Positions 9,154-19,102 of a stretch of DNA of 64,000 nt are shown here, in pieces (the first letter of the stretch is position 1; the number at the start of each line of letters is the position of its first letter). Position numbers and translations under genes: made by a program. The stretch lies in assembly GCA_046290465.1 (NCBI GenBank), contig JBKAGP010000001.1, positions 4,224,001 to 4,288,000 on the forward strand, read 5' to 3'. This stretch comes from Planctomycetota bacterium. Its GTDB lineage: Bacteria > Planctomycetota > UBA1135 > UBA2386. Below the pieces are notes generated by a model that was given only the letters and a program-made list of their open reading frames with translations, searched no databases and was not told the DNA's origin.

Positions 9154-9284
9154 GGGGCGCACACTATCGGGGGGCGGCCCGCTGCTCGCCAGTCCGGGAA
9201 GCACCGGATCGGCGCTCGGTGCTTTTTCCCCTTGGCCGCACTCGGGTGACCCAACAACATTCGGGGTTCCCAAACCGCAATCTC

Positions 9285-10319
9285 ATGAGAAACCTCCTCG
9301 TCATTGCCGCAATTGCGGCCTTCTCCGCCGGGGCGCTCGCCCAGGACAAGATCACGCTGACCAACGGCGACGTCATCACCGGCAAGATCAAGTCGATGGC
9401 CGCCGGCAAGGTCACGATCCACTCGCCCGTGCTCAAGGATGTCGTCGTCCCGATCGCCGACGTCAGCGACATGGTCACTGGCGAGCCGGTCATGCTGAAG
9501 ACCAAGAGCGGGGACCTGTGGTCGCGCCGCATCGTGGGCATCGAGAACGAGAGCCTGCGCCTCGAGGGCGGCGACACGACCGAGTTGCCGGTCGACAACC
9601 TCGGCATGATCAATCCGCCGAGCAAGAAGCAGCCGAAGTGGACGGGCTCGCTGAAGTTCACGGCGCTCTACACGGACGGCAACACGCGCCGGGAGTCGGC
9701 GGGCCTGCTGTTCGACGCGTCGCGCACGACCGAAGAGGAGCGCATCTCGGTCGACGCGATCTGGGACTACGGTAAGGACAAGGACGTCGACCGGACCAGC
9801 GCGACGTTCGGCCAGGAGACGCTGACCCAGCGCCGCACCGGCGCCGGCATCAAGTATGACTACTTCCTGAGCAAGCGCTGGTATGCGCTGGCCACGGCCC
9901 GCGCGCTCGGCGACACGCTCGCCGACCTCAACCTGCGCTTCACCGCCGGTGCCGGTCTCGGTTACACGGTGATCGACGACGACACGACCCTGCTGCTGAC
10001 CGAAGTCGGTCTTTCGTACTACACCGAGGACTACCGCACGCCGGGTCTGGCGTCGCAGGACTCGATGGCGCTGAGGGTCGCCTACCGCTTCACGCACCAG
10101 CTCAGCGAGCAGACCAAGTTCTCGCACCGCCTCGAGGCGTTCCCGTCGCTCGAGGACATGGACGACTTCTACCTGCAGGCGGTCACCGAGATCTCGACGT
10201 CGTTGACCGACAGCATGATCGCCTCGGTCGCCCACACCATCGACTACGACAACACGCCGGCCGCCGGCCGCGAGCGCAGCGACAACCGCGTGCTGCTGAC
10301 CGTCGGCTGGAGCTTCTGA
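9285..10319 (+). CDS. DUF481-like outer membrane beta-barrel protein
   Basis: Signal peptide; ITLTNGDVITGKI N-terminal domain; alternating beta-strands; C-terminal VGWSF barrel signal. Confidence 0.85.
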   Translation: MRNLLVIAAIAAFSAGALAQDKITLTNGDVITGKIKSMAAGKVTIHSPVLKDVVVPIADVSDMVTGEPVMLKTKSGDLWSRRIVGIENESLRLEGGDTTELPVDNLGMINPPSKKQPKWTGSLKFTALYTDGNTRRESAGLLFDASRTTEEERISVDAIWDYGKDKDVDRTSATFGQETLTQRRTGAGIKYDYFLSKRWYALATARALGDTLADLNLRFTAGAGLGYTVIDDDTTLLLTEVGLSYYTEDYRTPGLASQDSMALRVAYRFTHQLSEQTKFSHRLEAFPSLEDMDDFYLQAVTEISTSLTDSMIASVAHTIDYDNTPAAGRERSDNRVLLTVGWSF

Positions 10320-10328
10320 TCGGCCGCT

Positions 10329-10384
10329 TCGTACGGCTCGGTAGTCGGGCGGCTCAGTAGTCGTACGGCTCAGTAGTCGTACGA
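10329..10384. repeat. 16-bp tandem repeat x3.5 spanning the lptD stop codon
   Basis: tcgtacggctcggtag / tcgggcggctcagtag / tcgtacggctcagtag / tcgtacga; the lptD stop is the tca at 10370-10372. Confidence 0.9.
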
Positions 10385-12889
10385 CTGGCCTTCGCGGACG
10401 GCCGCGCCGCCGAAGCGGTTGCGGCGTCCGCGCATCCCGCCGAACGTCGGCTGGAAGTCGAGCCGGAACGTCACCTCGTCGGCGAACGGGTTGTAGACGG
10501 CGGTGAGGCCGATGACCCAGTCGTGGTCGCGACGGCTCAGGCCGAACTGGTAGGCCAGGAACTCGTCGGTCGTCAGGTCGCGCTGGGCCAGCCCGAACGC
10601 GGACCAACGATCGTAGAACTCGGTGCTGGCGCCGACGCCGAGCACGCCGTCGAACAGGCGGTCCTCGCGGTATTCGATCGCCCAGGTCAGGCCCAGCACC
10701 TTGCCGAAGGTCAGTTCGGTGTCGAGGGTCTGCATGCCGCGCTGCCAGTCGAGGTCGCCGTACCAGGCGAACGCGAAGTCGTCGAACGGCAGCCAGTCGA
10801 CGTTGGGCCGCAGCAGCACGTCGTAGAAGAACAGGCCGAGGGTGTCGCCGCTGTTGTCGCGGTTGGCGTTGGGCAGCACATCCTGGGCGAGGTCTACGAA
10901 CACGAAGTCGCGCGGCTGCCGTTCGCCGTCCTCGGTCTCGACCATCTTCTGGAACAGGTTGCGCACCTCGAAGCGCAGCAGTTCGCGTTCGCCCAGCAGG
11001 TCGATGGTGTCGTAGCCGAGCTGGTTGAGGCGGATGCGGTTGACGTTGTCGTACTGGAACAGCGAGCCCGGCTGGTCGTCGACGTGGTAGCGGTTGCGGT
11101 AGGTCAGGCGCGGCGCGATCACGTGGCGCAGGCCGTCCTGTTCGCCGTCGGCGTCGAGCCACTTCCAGGTGCGGGACAGGCGGGTGCCGATCTGCACGCC
11201 GGCCTCGAGCGCGATCCGTTCTTCGCTGTCGCCGTTTGGCGTGTCGTCGTAGAACGTGCCGCGACCGCTGACGTACGGACGCACGTTGAACGAGCCGACG
11301 CGGAACGGCGCCGACACTTCGACGTGCTGGTCGGCGCGGAACGTGCGGTCGCTGACGCGGATGCCGGCGCGGTCGTCCCAGTCGCTGCGGCGCTGGCCGA
11401 GCTGGGTCTCGAGGTCGAGCACGATCGGCGTGTCCCACGGCGTCTCGGCGATCGGCTCGGCGAGCCACTGGTAGGTCATCACCGGCAGCTCCTCGACGAA
11501 GCGCTGCGCCAGGTAGCGGTCGTCGCGGTAGCTGAAGTCATTGAGGTTGAAGCGCGTGCCGAGCGTCAGCAGGTGGTTGCCGTCGGCGTGGTGCACGTAG
11601 GCGCTGGTCTCCGGCAGCTCGTCCTGTCGGTACGGGCCGATGAAGAACTCGCTGTAGACGCCGGCGTCCGAGGCGTGGAACGCCTGCAGGTCGAGGTGGG
11701 TCCGTTCGCCGAGGTGCACGCGGTTGGCGGTGCGCACGACCGAGCGGTGCGTGTCACCGAGGAAGCTGCCGTCGATCGTGCGCTGGATCTCGCGGATGTT
11801 CGGGCCGCTGTCGTCGATGTAGAACGCCTCGGTCCGGCCCTCGTAGAGGCCGTCGACGCCGTAAGTCAGGCCGGCTTCGAGCGGGTAGCCGCGTCGTTGG
11901 ATCCAGCCGACACCGAGCTCCCACTCGCCGCGGAACTCGCCGGCCGGGCGGCCGGTGATCCAGTTGTGCAGCGCGCCGCCGGTCTGGTTCCACGGCAGCC
12001 CGAACACGACACCGAACTGCGCGCCGAGCGAACTCGAGTAGCCGCCCGACACGCTCTTGATCGGGAACTCGCTCTGGCTGCCGGTGAAGATCCGCGCGTC
12101 GGGCACCGGCAGGAAGTCGATGCCGCCCGCCTGGATGGTCTGGCCGCGCGACACGACCTCGAACTCGCCGACACGTTCGATGATCTCGGCCTCGGCGACG
12201 TGCAGCGCCGCGTGCGGCTTCGAGGCGGTGCAGGTCGTCAGCGTCAGGTCCTTGCCGATCCAGCGCGGGCCCTGCTTGACCAGCCGCGGACCACGCACGA
12301 CGAGTTCTTGCTGGCCGGTCTTCTTGGTCGTCAGGTAGCGGATCTCGACGTTCTCGACCACGATGCGGTCGTCGATGGGGGAGATCCACAGCCGGTCGCA
12401 GCGCAGCACCTCGACGCCGTTCTGCACCAGGATCACGTCGCCTTCGCAGTACAGGTAGCGGAACAGGCGCAACGCCTCGTCGCTGAGCGCGGTGTCGGTG
12501 TTCGCCGGGTCCGGCGCCTGGCCGACGGCCGTCAGCGTTCGCTGCAGACGCTGCCGGATCGCGTCGGGCGACAGCCGGCGTCGCGGCTCCGGCGACGGCA
12601 AGCCGCGCGTCGGCAGGCCGCGCTCGCGACCGCGCTCGCCGGCCAGCCGCATGGTCTCGAGGTCGTTGAGGATCAGCAGCTTCTCGCCGCGGATCACCAG
12701 CCCGAGCTCGGCGATCGCGAAGCGAAAGCCACCCTGGGCCTGCACCTCGTAGTAGTCGTCGCGTTCGCGGGAGTTGTAGGCGCCGACCTGCAGGTCGTAG
12801 TCGGTGCGCGGATCCTTGCCCTGCGCCTGCACCGCGCTGGCCACGGCCAGGGTGAGCACGGCTCCGAGGAGCGGTTGCGGGCGCGTCAC
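10370..12889 (-). CDS. lptD: LPS-assembly outer membrane protein LptD-like
   Basis: Signal peptide; LTTCT...PH motif; GYSSSLG; LRHVIAP; beta-barrel C-terminus; last gene of the kds operon. Confidence 0.75.
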   Translation of the reverse strand: MTRPQPLLGAVLTLAVASAVQAQGKDPRTDYDLQVGAYNSRERDDYYEVQAQGGFRFAIAELGLVIRGEKLLILNDLETMRLAGERGRERGLPTRGLPSPEPRRRLSPDAIRQRLQRTLTAVGQAPDPANTDTALSDEALRLFRYLYCEGDVILVQNGVEVLRCDRLWISPIDDRIVVENVEIRYLTTKKTGQQELVVRGPRLVKQGPRWIGKDLTLTTCTASKPHAALHVAEAEIIERVGEFEVVSRGQTIQAGGIDFLPVPDARIFTGSQSEFPIKSVSGGYSSSLGAQFGVVFGLPWNQTGGALHNWITGRPAGEFRGEWELGVGWIQRRGYPLEAGLTYGVDGLYEGRTEAFYIDDSGPNIREIQRTIDGSFLGDTHRSVVRTANRVHLGERTHLDLQAFHASDAGVYSEFFIGPYRQDELPETSAYVHHADGNHLLTLGTRFNLNDFSYRDDRYLAQRFVEELPVMTYQWLAEPIAETPWDTPIVLDLETQLGQRRSDWDDRAGIRVSDRTFRADQHVEVSAPFRVGSFNVRPYVSGRGTFYDDTPNGDSEERIALEAGVQIGTRLSRTWKWLDADGEQDGLRHVIAPRLTYRNRYHVDDQPGSLFQYDNVNRIRLNQLGYDTIDLLGERELLRFEVRNLFQKMVETEDGERQPRDFVFVDLAQDVLPNANRDNSGDTLGLFFYDVLLRPNVDWLPFDDFAFAWYGDLDWQRGMQTLDTELTFGKVLGLTWAIEYREDRLFDGVLGVGASTEFYDRWSAFGLAQRDLTTDEFLAYQFGLSRRDHDWVIGLTAVYNPFADEVTFRLDFQPTFGGMRGRRNRFGGAAVREGQSYDY

Positions 12890-15800
12890 TGCTTGCCTTC
12901 CTCGCTGCCTTCCTCGCGCGCGACGGACTCGACCGGTGCTGCCTGGCTGGCACTGCCCGGTCCCATGCTGATCTCCCACGTCAGGTAGTTGACGGCGATG
13001 CGCGTCGAGCGCAGTTGGCGGCCGTCGGGCGTGGTGATCACCGCCGCCTTCGGGTCACTCGCGACGCAGCGCTCGTTGAGCAGGTCGAGTTCGACCTTGG
13101 CGGCCTTGGCGTCGAGGCGCGTCCAGTCGACGTGCACGTCGTCGCCCTTGACGGTCGTGACCCTGCCGGTCGCCTGCTGGCGCAGCATCGTCAGCTGGCG
13201 CGCGTCGATGTGCAGGCCTTCCGGATCGACCTCGCCCTCGGGCAGCAGCCCGAACGCCTCGACCGGACCCGTGAAGCGCACCGCCTCGGGGTCGACGTGG
13301 ATGTTGCCGCGACACACTGCCTGCATGTGCGACAGGAGACCGCTCGCGCCCGGCTCGTGCAACGTCATCGTCGGCGCCAGGAACGTCGAGCGGTCGTCGA
13401 ACGTGCCGAGCGCCGACAGCCGCACGGTCTCCTCGTTGCGGATGCGCACGCGCGCGCCCTGCACGACGACCTCGCGGCCTTCGTGGGTGCGGCGCACGAT
13501 CGCCGGCGTCTGTGCGTCGGGATCGCCGAGGAACAGCGCGGCCGCGCCGCCCTGGCTGATCAGCATGCGGTGGCCGGAGCCTTCGATGTGTCCCTGCTGT
13601 TCGTCGTCGAGCTGGAAGTCGCGCACGTCGTCGACCAGCAGCCACGGCCGCGCCAGCGCGTGCGTCGCCAGGCTGCGCATCGCGCCACCGCCGCCGAAGT
13701 GCATCGCGGTGGTCTCGGGGCTCAGCACGAACGGCAGCACCCGCAGCCGCGCCGCGGCGCAGGTCACGGTCGCGGGCTCCGACGAGCCGGCCTGCGGCAG
13801 CTTCGCGTAGATGCGCGCCGGCTGCTCGTCGTCGCCGTGAGCGTCGACCAGCGCCGTGCGGCCGCCGGCATGGTGCACGTCGATGCGCGGGCCGAACACC
13901 TCGACCTGGTAGGCCGCCGGCTCCTTGCCGGGCCGTGCTTGGGTCCAGTCGCGCAGCAGGCGCGGGGTGCGGTCGAGTTCGGCGAGTTCGCTCCACGGCG
14001 ACTCGTCGATGTCCATCGGCAGCAGCTGCAGCGAGCGCGGGCCGATGCGGCGCAGGCGCGGCGCCTGCGCGCGCAGCTGCTCGCCGTCCTGCACCAGCAT
14101 CGCGCGCACCGGCAGGCCGCCGACGTCGAGGTCGGTGACCAGCTCCCCGTCGAGGGTCGCGCGCAGCTGGCGCACGTTGCGCAGCCTGGTGCCGTCGTGA
14201 CCGAAGTCGGCGGCGATCTCGTCGAACGGCGCGCGGAGCAACAGGTCGGTGCGTTCGCCGGTGCGCGCCACGTCGCAGCTGCCGAGTCCTTCGAGGCGCG
14301 ACTCGCCGTAGCGGACCTCGTAGCGGTGCTGGCGCCAGCGCGCCGACTGCGTGTCGACGACCGGACCGAGGCGCATGCGCTCTTCGTCGCCGGCGTCCGT
14401 GCCCGAGACGATCAGCTGCACGCCGTCGTTGCCGGACGCGTGCAGGTCCGGGCGCGGCTTGCCGCCGGGCCGCTGCGGCTGGCCCTTCTGGAACAGCTCG
14501 ATGGTGCCGAAGCCCTGCACGGTGCCGGCGTCGCAGTCGCTGCGGCGCGTGACCATCAGGCCGTCGCTGGCGACGACCTTGCGCGCGCCGCTCTCGAGCC
14601 GCGAGCTGCCGAGGAACACGACCACCTGCTGCTGGTCGAGCGGTCGCGTCGTCCAGCGGGGGAAGCCCATGCCACGGTGCAGGGCGCCGATCGAGTCGCC
14701 CGGGCGGATCAGGTGGATGCGGCGCGGCGAGATGCCGACGACCACGTCCTTCTGCTTGCTGCCGGGGCGCAGTTCGGTCTGTTCGATGCGCGACTCACCG
14801 CCGTGCGCGGTGACCACGCACGGATCGCCGAGCGGGCCCGGCCGAACGGTGATCCGCGGGGTGTCGACGTGCACGCCCGGCATGTCGATCGTCGCCGGCG
14901 CGCCGACCAGCACCAGCCGTTGCCAGATCATCTCGCCGCGGTTGTCGCCGAGCGTGCTGCCCGCGACGGCCTGCTCGCGCGAGCGCAGCAGCCAGCCGGT
15001 GAACTGGTCGCCGCGCACCGTGGACTTGCCGTCGCCCTGCCTGGGTTGGGAGCCGGCGAGCGACAGCTTGCCGTGGTCGAGGTCGAGCTCGACGTCGTCG
15101 TCGAGCGTGATGCGCGCCGCGCCGGTGACGGTGTTCTCGACGTAGTGCATGCGGCCCTTGGCCCGGACGCGCACGTCGTCGGTCTCGAGCACCGGGTCGG
15201 ACAGGATCGTCACCGACGCCTGCTGCAGGCCGTTGCGCTGGTCGCGCGGCAGGCGGGCGCGCGCGCCGCGGCCGGTCAGCGTCGCCGTGCGGCGGCCTTC
15301 GAGCGTCATCTTGACCGGCTGCTCGGCCTCCGTGGTCAGCTGGATCTCGTCGTCGCCGATGTTGATCTTGGCGTCGCCGAGTTCGAGCCGCATGCCGGCG
15401 AGGCGGCTGTCCGGCTCGCTGGTGATCACCGCGTCGCGCAGGTCGATCGCCTTCTGCTCGTCGAAGCTGGCGTGGCCGTTGGCGTCGCGCCCGAGTTCGA
15501 GGAACGCGCGGCTCGCCGTCACCGTCGCCGCGTGCTCGGCCTTGTCGTAGAGCTGCAGCGTGACGCCGGTCAGCTGCTGCAGGCCGTCGCCGATCGGGCG
15601 GCTGTCGTCGGCCTTGAGCCAGTAGACCAGCTCCTTGCGCACGTTGCCGTTGCCGAGGTCGATCTCGCGGCGCTTGGGGTAGTCGAGGCGCCCGGTCTGC
15701 GACACCGTCGCGTTCATCTGGCCGCTCTCGATGCGCACGCCGACCGGCTCGGGGTCGCGATCGGCCTTCTGCTGCTCGTCGCGCTTGGACTGGTTGCCGT

Positions 15801-15891
15801 TGGCGCGCACCGCCTCCTCGTCGCCGATGGCGAACTTGAGGGCGACCAGGCCGAGCGCCAGCAGCACCAGGAACGCGATCAGCCGCTTCAC
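12886..15891 (-). CDS. Large membrane-anchored beta-rich protein, probable LptC/LptA-like LPS transport bridge
   Basis: N-terminal TM segment; 1001 aa of short beta-strands; GTGA-coupled between kdsC and lptD, where lptC/lptA normally lie. Confidence 0.6.
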   Translation of the reverse strand: MKRLIAFLVLLALGLVALKFAIGDEEAVRANGNQSKRDEQQKADRDPEPVGVRIESGQMNATVSQTGRLDYPKRREIDLGNGNVRKELVYWLKADDSRPIGDGLQQLTGVTLQLYDKAEHAATVTASRAFLELGRDANGHASFDEQKAIDLRDAVITSEPDSRLAGMRLELGDAKINIGDDEIQLTTEAEQPVKMTLEGRRTATLTGRGARARLPRDQRNGLQQASVTILSDPVLETDDVRVRAKGRMHYVENTVTGAARITLDDDVELDLDHGKLSLAGSQPRQGDGKSTVRGDQFTGWLLRSREQAVAGSTLGDNRGEMIWQRLVLVGAPATIDMPGVHVDTPRITVRPGPLGDPCVVTAHGGESRIEQTELRPGSKQKDVVVGISPRRIHLIRPGDSIGALHRGMGFPRWTTRPLDQQQVVVFLGSSRLESGARKVVASDGLMVTRRSDCDAGTVQGFGTIELFQKGQPQRPGGKPRPDLHASGNDGVQLIVSGTDAGDEERMRLGPVVDTQSARWRQHRYEVRYGESRLEGLGSCDVARTGERTDLLLRAPFDEIAADFGHDGTRLRNVRQLRATLDGELVTDLDVGGLPVRAMLVQDGEQLRAQAPRLRRIGPRSLQLLPMDIDESPWSELAELDRTPRLLRDWTQARPGKEPAAYQVEVFGPRIDVHHAGGRTALVDAHGDDEQPARIYAKLPQAGSSEPATVTCAAARLRVLPFVLSPETTAMHFGGGGAMRSLATHALARPWLLVDDVRDFQLDDEQQGHIEGSGHRMLISQGGAAALFLGDPDAQTPAIVRRTHEGREVVVQGARVRIRNEETVRLSALGTFDDRSTFLAPTMTLHEPGASGLLSHMQAVCRGNIHVDPEAVRFTGPVEAFGLLPEGEVDPEGLHIDARQLTMLRQQATGRVTTVKGDDVHVDWTRLDAKAAKVELDLLNERCVASDPKAAVITTPDGRQLRSTRIAVNYLTWEISMGPGSASQAAPVESVAREEGSEEGKQ

Positions 15892-16445
15892 GGGCGGCCG
15901 TCCTTGTCGACGACGTCCTGCCAGACCCCGCGGGCCTTCAGCAGTTCTTCGATGACGTCGCGCACGGCGCCGAAGCCGCCGTCGCGTTCGGTGACGAAGT
16001 GCGCGTTCTCGACGACCTCGCGGCGCGCCTGCGGCACGGTCGCGGCGAACGCGACGCGGCGCAGGACCGGCAGGTCGAGCAGGTCGTCGCCGACGTAGGC
16101 GATGCGATCGGGCGTCAGGTCCTGGCGCGCCAGCAGTTCGTCGAAGGCGGCGGCCTTGTCGATGCGGCCGAGGATCACGTCGTGCACGCCGAGTTCGTCG
16201 GCGCGCCGCTGCACGATCTCGCCGCCGCGGCCGGACAGGAAGCCGGAGCGGCCACCGCTGCGGTGCCAGTAGACGATGCCGGCGGCGTCGTGCACGTGGA
16301 ACGACTTGTACTCGCGGCCCTCGAAGTCGAAGTGCACGCGGCCGTCGGTCAGCACGCCGTCGACGTCGAGCAGCAGGAACTCGATCTGCTGGAGCACCGC
16401 GTCGTCGGGTCGCGGCCGGCCGGGAACGAGGGGGGCTCTGCTCAT
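15888..16445 (-). CDS. kdsC: KDO 8-phosphate phosphatase (HAD family)
   Basis: LLLDVDGVLTDG, LSGR, AYVGDDLLDLP and GGFGAVRDVIE motifs. Confidence 0.92.
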   Translation of the reverse strand: MSRAPLVPGRPRPDDAVLQQIEFLLLDVDGVLTDGRVHFDFEGREYKSFHVHDAAGIVYWHRSGGRSGFLSGRGGEIVQRRADELGVHDVILGRIDKAAAFDELLARQDLTPDRIAYVGDDLLDLPVLRRVAFAATVPQARREVVENAHFVTERDGGFGAVRDVIEELLKARGVWQDVVDKDGRP

Positions 16446-17413
16446 CCGATCTTGAGGTTGAGCAGGTCCTGCACGTCCAGCAGGCCGAGCAGGCGGCCGT
16501 TGTCGTCGACGACCGGCAGCTGGTCGATCGCGAACTGGTGCAGCAGCGCCAGCGCTTCGAGCGCGAACGTGTCGGCCGCGATCGAACGCGGGCTCGGCGT
16601 CATCGCCTGGTCGATGCGCATCTCGCGCGGGTTGGACAGGCCGTTCTCGATCAGGCGACGCAGGTCGCCGTCGGTGAAGAAGCCGACCACCTTGCCGGAG
16701 CGGTCGACGACGCTGGTCGCGCCGGGCCGGCCCTCGGTGCGGGTCATCACCTCGATCGCCTCGAGCACGGTGGCGTCGTCCTGCACGCACGGGTTGCGAT
16801 CGCCGGTGCGCATCAGTTCGCCGACCTTCATCAGCTTGCGGCCGAGGTCGCCGCCGGGGTGGAAGCGGGCGAAGTCGTCCGGCCCGAACTTGCGGCCCTC
16901 CTGCACGACCAGCGCCAGCGCGTCGCCGAGCGCCAGCATCGCCGTGGTCGACGCGCTCGGCGCGAGGCCGTGCGGGCCCGGCTCGTCGATCTGGCCGAGC
17001 TCGAGCACCAGGTCGCTGTGGCGGCCGAGCGTCGACGCCTGGTTCTGCGTGATCGAGACCAGGCCGGCGCCGCACGACTTCACGTGCGGCAGCATCACCA
17101 GCAGTTCTTCGGTCTCGCCCGACTTGGAGAACGCCAGCAGCAGGTCGCCCTCGTCGACGCGGCCGAGGTCGCCGTGGATGGCCTCGGCCGGGTGCAGGAA
17201 GATCGACGGCGTGCCCGTCGAGGCGAGCGTCGCCGACGTCTTCTGGGCGATGAACCCGGCCTTGCCCATGCCGGTCGTCACGACGCGGCCGCGCAGCCCG
17301 AGGATCATGTCCAGGGCCTTCAGGAAGGGTTCACCAAGGCCGTCCGCCACCTGGCGGACCGCGACAGCTTCGCACTCGACGATCTGCCGCGCGCGTTCGA
17401 TCCGGGGGTCCAT
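16442..17413 (-). CDS. kdsD: Arabinose-5-phosphate isomerase (KpsF/GutQ family, SIS plus CBS domains)
   Basis: TGMGKAG, LASTGTPS, HPAEAIHGDLG, FHPGG and TDGDLRR motifs. Confidence 0.93.
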   Translation of the reverse strand: MDPRIERARQIVECEAVAVRQVADGLGEPFLKALDMILGLRGRVVTTGMGKAGFIAQKTSATLASTGTPSIFLHPAEAIHGDLGRVDEGDLLLAFSKSGETEELLVMLPHVKSCGAGLVSITQNQASTLGRHSDLVLELGQIDEPGPHGLAPSASTTAMLALGDALALVVQEGRKFGPDDFARFHPGGDLGRKLMKVGELMRTGDRNPCVQDDATVLEAIEVMTRTEGRPGATSVVDRSGKVVGFFTDGDLRRLIENGLSNPREMRIDQAMTPSPRSIAADTFALEALALLHQFAIDQLPVVDDNGRLLGLLDVQDLLNLKIG

Positions 17414-17530
17414 CAAGGACGCAGAGCCTATCAGGTGGACGCCGCCCGCGAACTCAGCCCGTTCTCGTTTCCGGTCCCGCAACGCGGCCCGCAATTCCGG
17501 TTCTGCGGCGAAACCTCACCGAACGGGTGC

Positions 17531-18910
17531 TCAGGGGGTGCCGATGGTGAACGCGCGGCCGTCGGTCGCGTCGATCTGGAACGGCAGGGGTGAGGTCGGG
17601 TCCAGCACCACACCCTGCGTATAGAACGTGCTGCCGACCGCGGTGGGCAGGTTCGGCAGGTTCCACGTCACCGAGCCTTGGCCGTTGTTCAGGATCACGG
17701 TCAGCGCGACGTCGAGGCTGACCAGCAGCGAGCAGCTCGGCGCGCCGATCGCGTTGAGGTCGAACGGCAGCGGCGTGCCCGCCCAGTTGCTGTTGGAGCC
17801 GCCGAACACCACCAGGCCGACCACCGCGGCCGGCGCCGCGTCGACGATCGCCTGCTCGAACGGCAGGCCGATGTAGGGCAGGCTGCGTTCTTCGAGCTGG
17901 GCACCGCTGGTGACGATGCAGCCGAGGCCGAACGGCGTCACGGTCGCGGACGCGACCGGCTTGTAGGCCCACGTGTCGGTCAGCAGCGGACCGCCGGTGA
18001 ACGTGCCGCCGCCGGTCACGAACTCGTTGCGCACCGGATCCCACGCGCTCGCGGTCGAGTTGCGCCCGATCGGCTGCGCCGCGGTCGTGCGCACCGTCCA
18101 CGTGCCGTCGAACTCCAGCGTGTCGCTGAGATCGCTGAACACGCCGTTGGTGATGCGCAGGCCGGCGTGCACCAGGATGCGTTGGCGCGTCGGGTCGTAG
18201 CACATCGCCTGGTCGCACATGGTGCCCGGCAGCGACGCGAGCTGCGTCCAGCTGGTGCCGTCCCACTCCCAGACGTCGTCGAGCGTGTTGTTCTGCGGCG
18301 TGCTGAAGCCACCGACCACGACGCAGGTGCCGCGCGAGGCGTCCCACACCATCCGGTGCGCGCCGCGCGGCTGCGGGCTCGCCCCGACGGTGGTGCGCAG
18401 CGTCCAGTTGCTGCCGTCCCACTCCCACACCTCGTCGCTGTCGAGGCCGCTCGGCACGAAGCCACCGAACAGCACGACGACCTGGCGCAGCGGGTCGTAG
18501 GCGGCCGCCGCACCGAAGCGAACGGTCGGCTGCGTCGCCGGCGCCTGCTGCGTCCACGCGGTGCCGTCCCACGTCCAGGTCTCGGGCGTCGGGATCGGCG
18601 TGCCGCCGAACAGCACCGTCTCGCCGCGCGCCTCGTCGAACGCGAGCGCCGGCCGGCCGCGCGGCGTCGGCTTCGGCGTCGGCGACAGGTTGGTCCAGCT
18701 GCTGCCGTTCCACTCGCGCATCGTCGAGACCGGCACGCCGGTGACGTTGCCGCCGTAGGTCACCAGCACGTTGCGCTGGCTGTCCCAGCACGAACCGCTG
18801 AACGGCGGCGGCGCGTTGGCGGACTGGACCTGGGTCCAGTCGACCTGCGAGGTTGCCGATCCGGCAAGAATCAGGACGGAGAGGGCGAGACGTCGAGGGG
18901 TTGTGGTCAT
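17531..18910 (-). CDS. Secreted Kelch-repeat beta-propeller protein with a C-terminal domain
   Basis: Signal peptide; about six repeats of the type VLFGG...TW.WDG..W; about 140-aa C-terminal beta domain. Confidence 0.88.
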   Translation of the reverse strand: MTTTPRRLALSVLILAGSATSQVDWTQVQSANAPPPFSGSCWDSQRNVLVTYGGNVTGVPVSTMREWNGSSWTNLSPTPKPTPRGRPALAFDEARGETVLFGGTPIPTPETWTWDGTAWTQQAPATQPTVRFGAAAAYDPLRQVVVLFGGFVPSGLDSDEVWEWDGSNWTLRTTVGASPQPRGAHRMVWDASRGTCVVVGGFSTPQNNTLDDVWEWDGTSWTQLASLPGTMCDQAMCYDPTRQRILVHAGLRITNGVFSDLSDTLEFDGTWTVRTTAAQPIGRNSTASAWDPVRNEFVTGGGTFTGGPLLTDTWAYKPVASATVTPFGLGCIVTSGAQLEERSLPYIGLPFEQAIVDAAPAAVVGLVVFGGSNSNWAGTPLPFDLNAIGAPSCSLLVSLDVALTVILNNGQGSVTWNLPNLPTAVGSTFYTQGVVLDPTSPLPFQIDATDGRAFTIGTP

Positions 18911-19102
18911 CTGAGCGTGAGCTGCTGGTGCTTGGGCCTTGGCTTGGGACTGCGGCGCCGTTTCCCGGACCCTGTTCTATTGGCTGTCGGGCATTTGGTC
19001 ACCGGGGTGTGACCCTCGGAATCGCGCCGACTACCACGAACCACCGGGGAAAGTCGCCAACGTCCCCTCACCGCCCTCCAAAACCGATAGCATTCCGACC
19101 CC

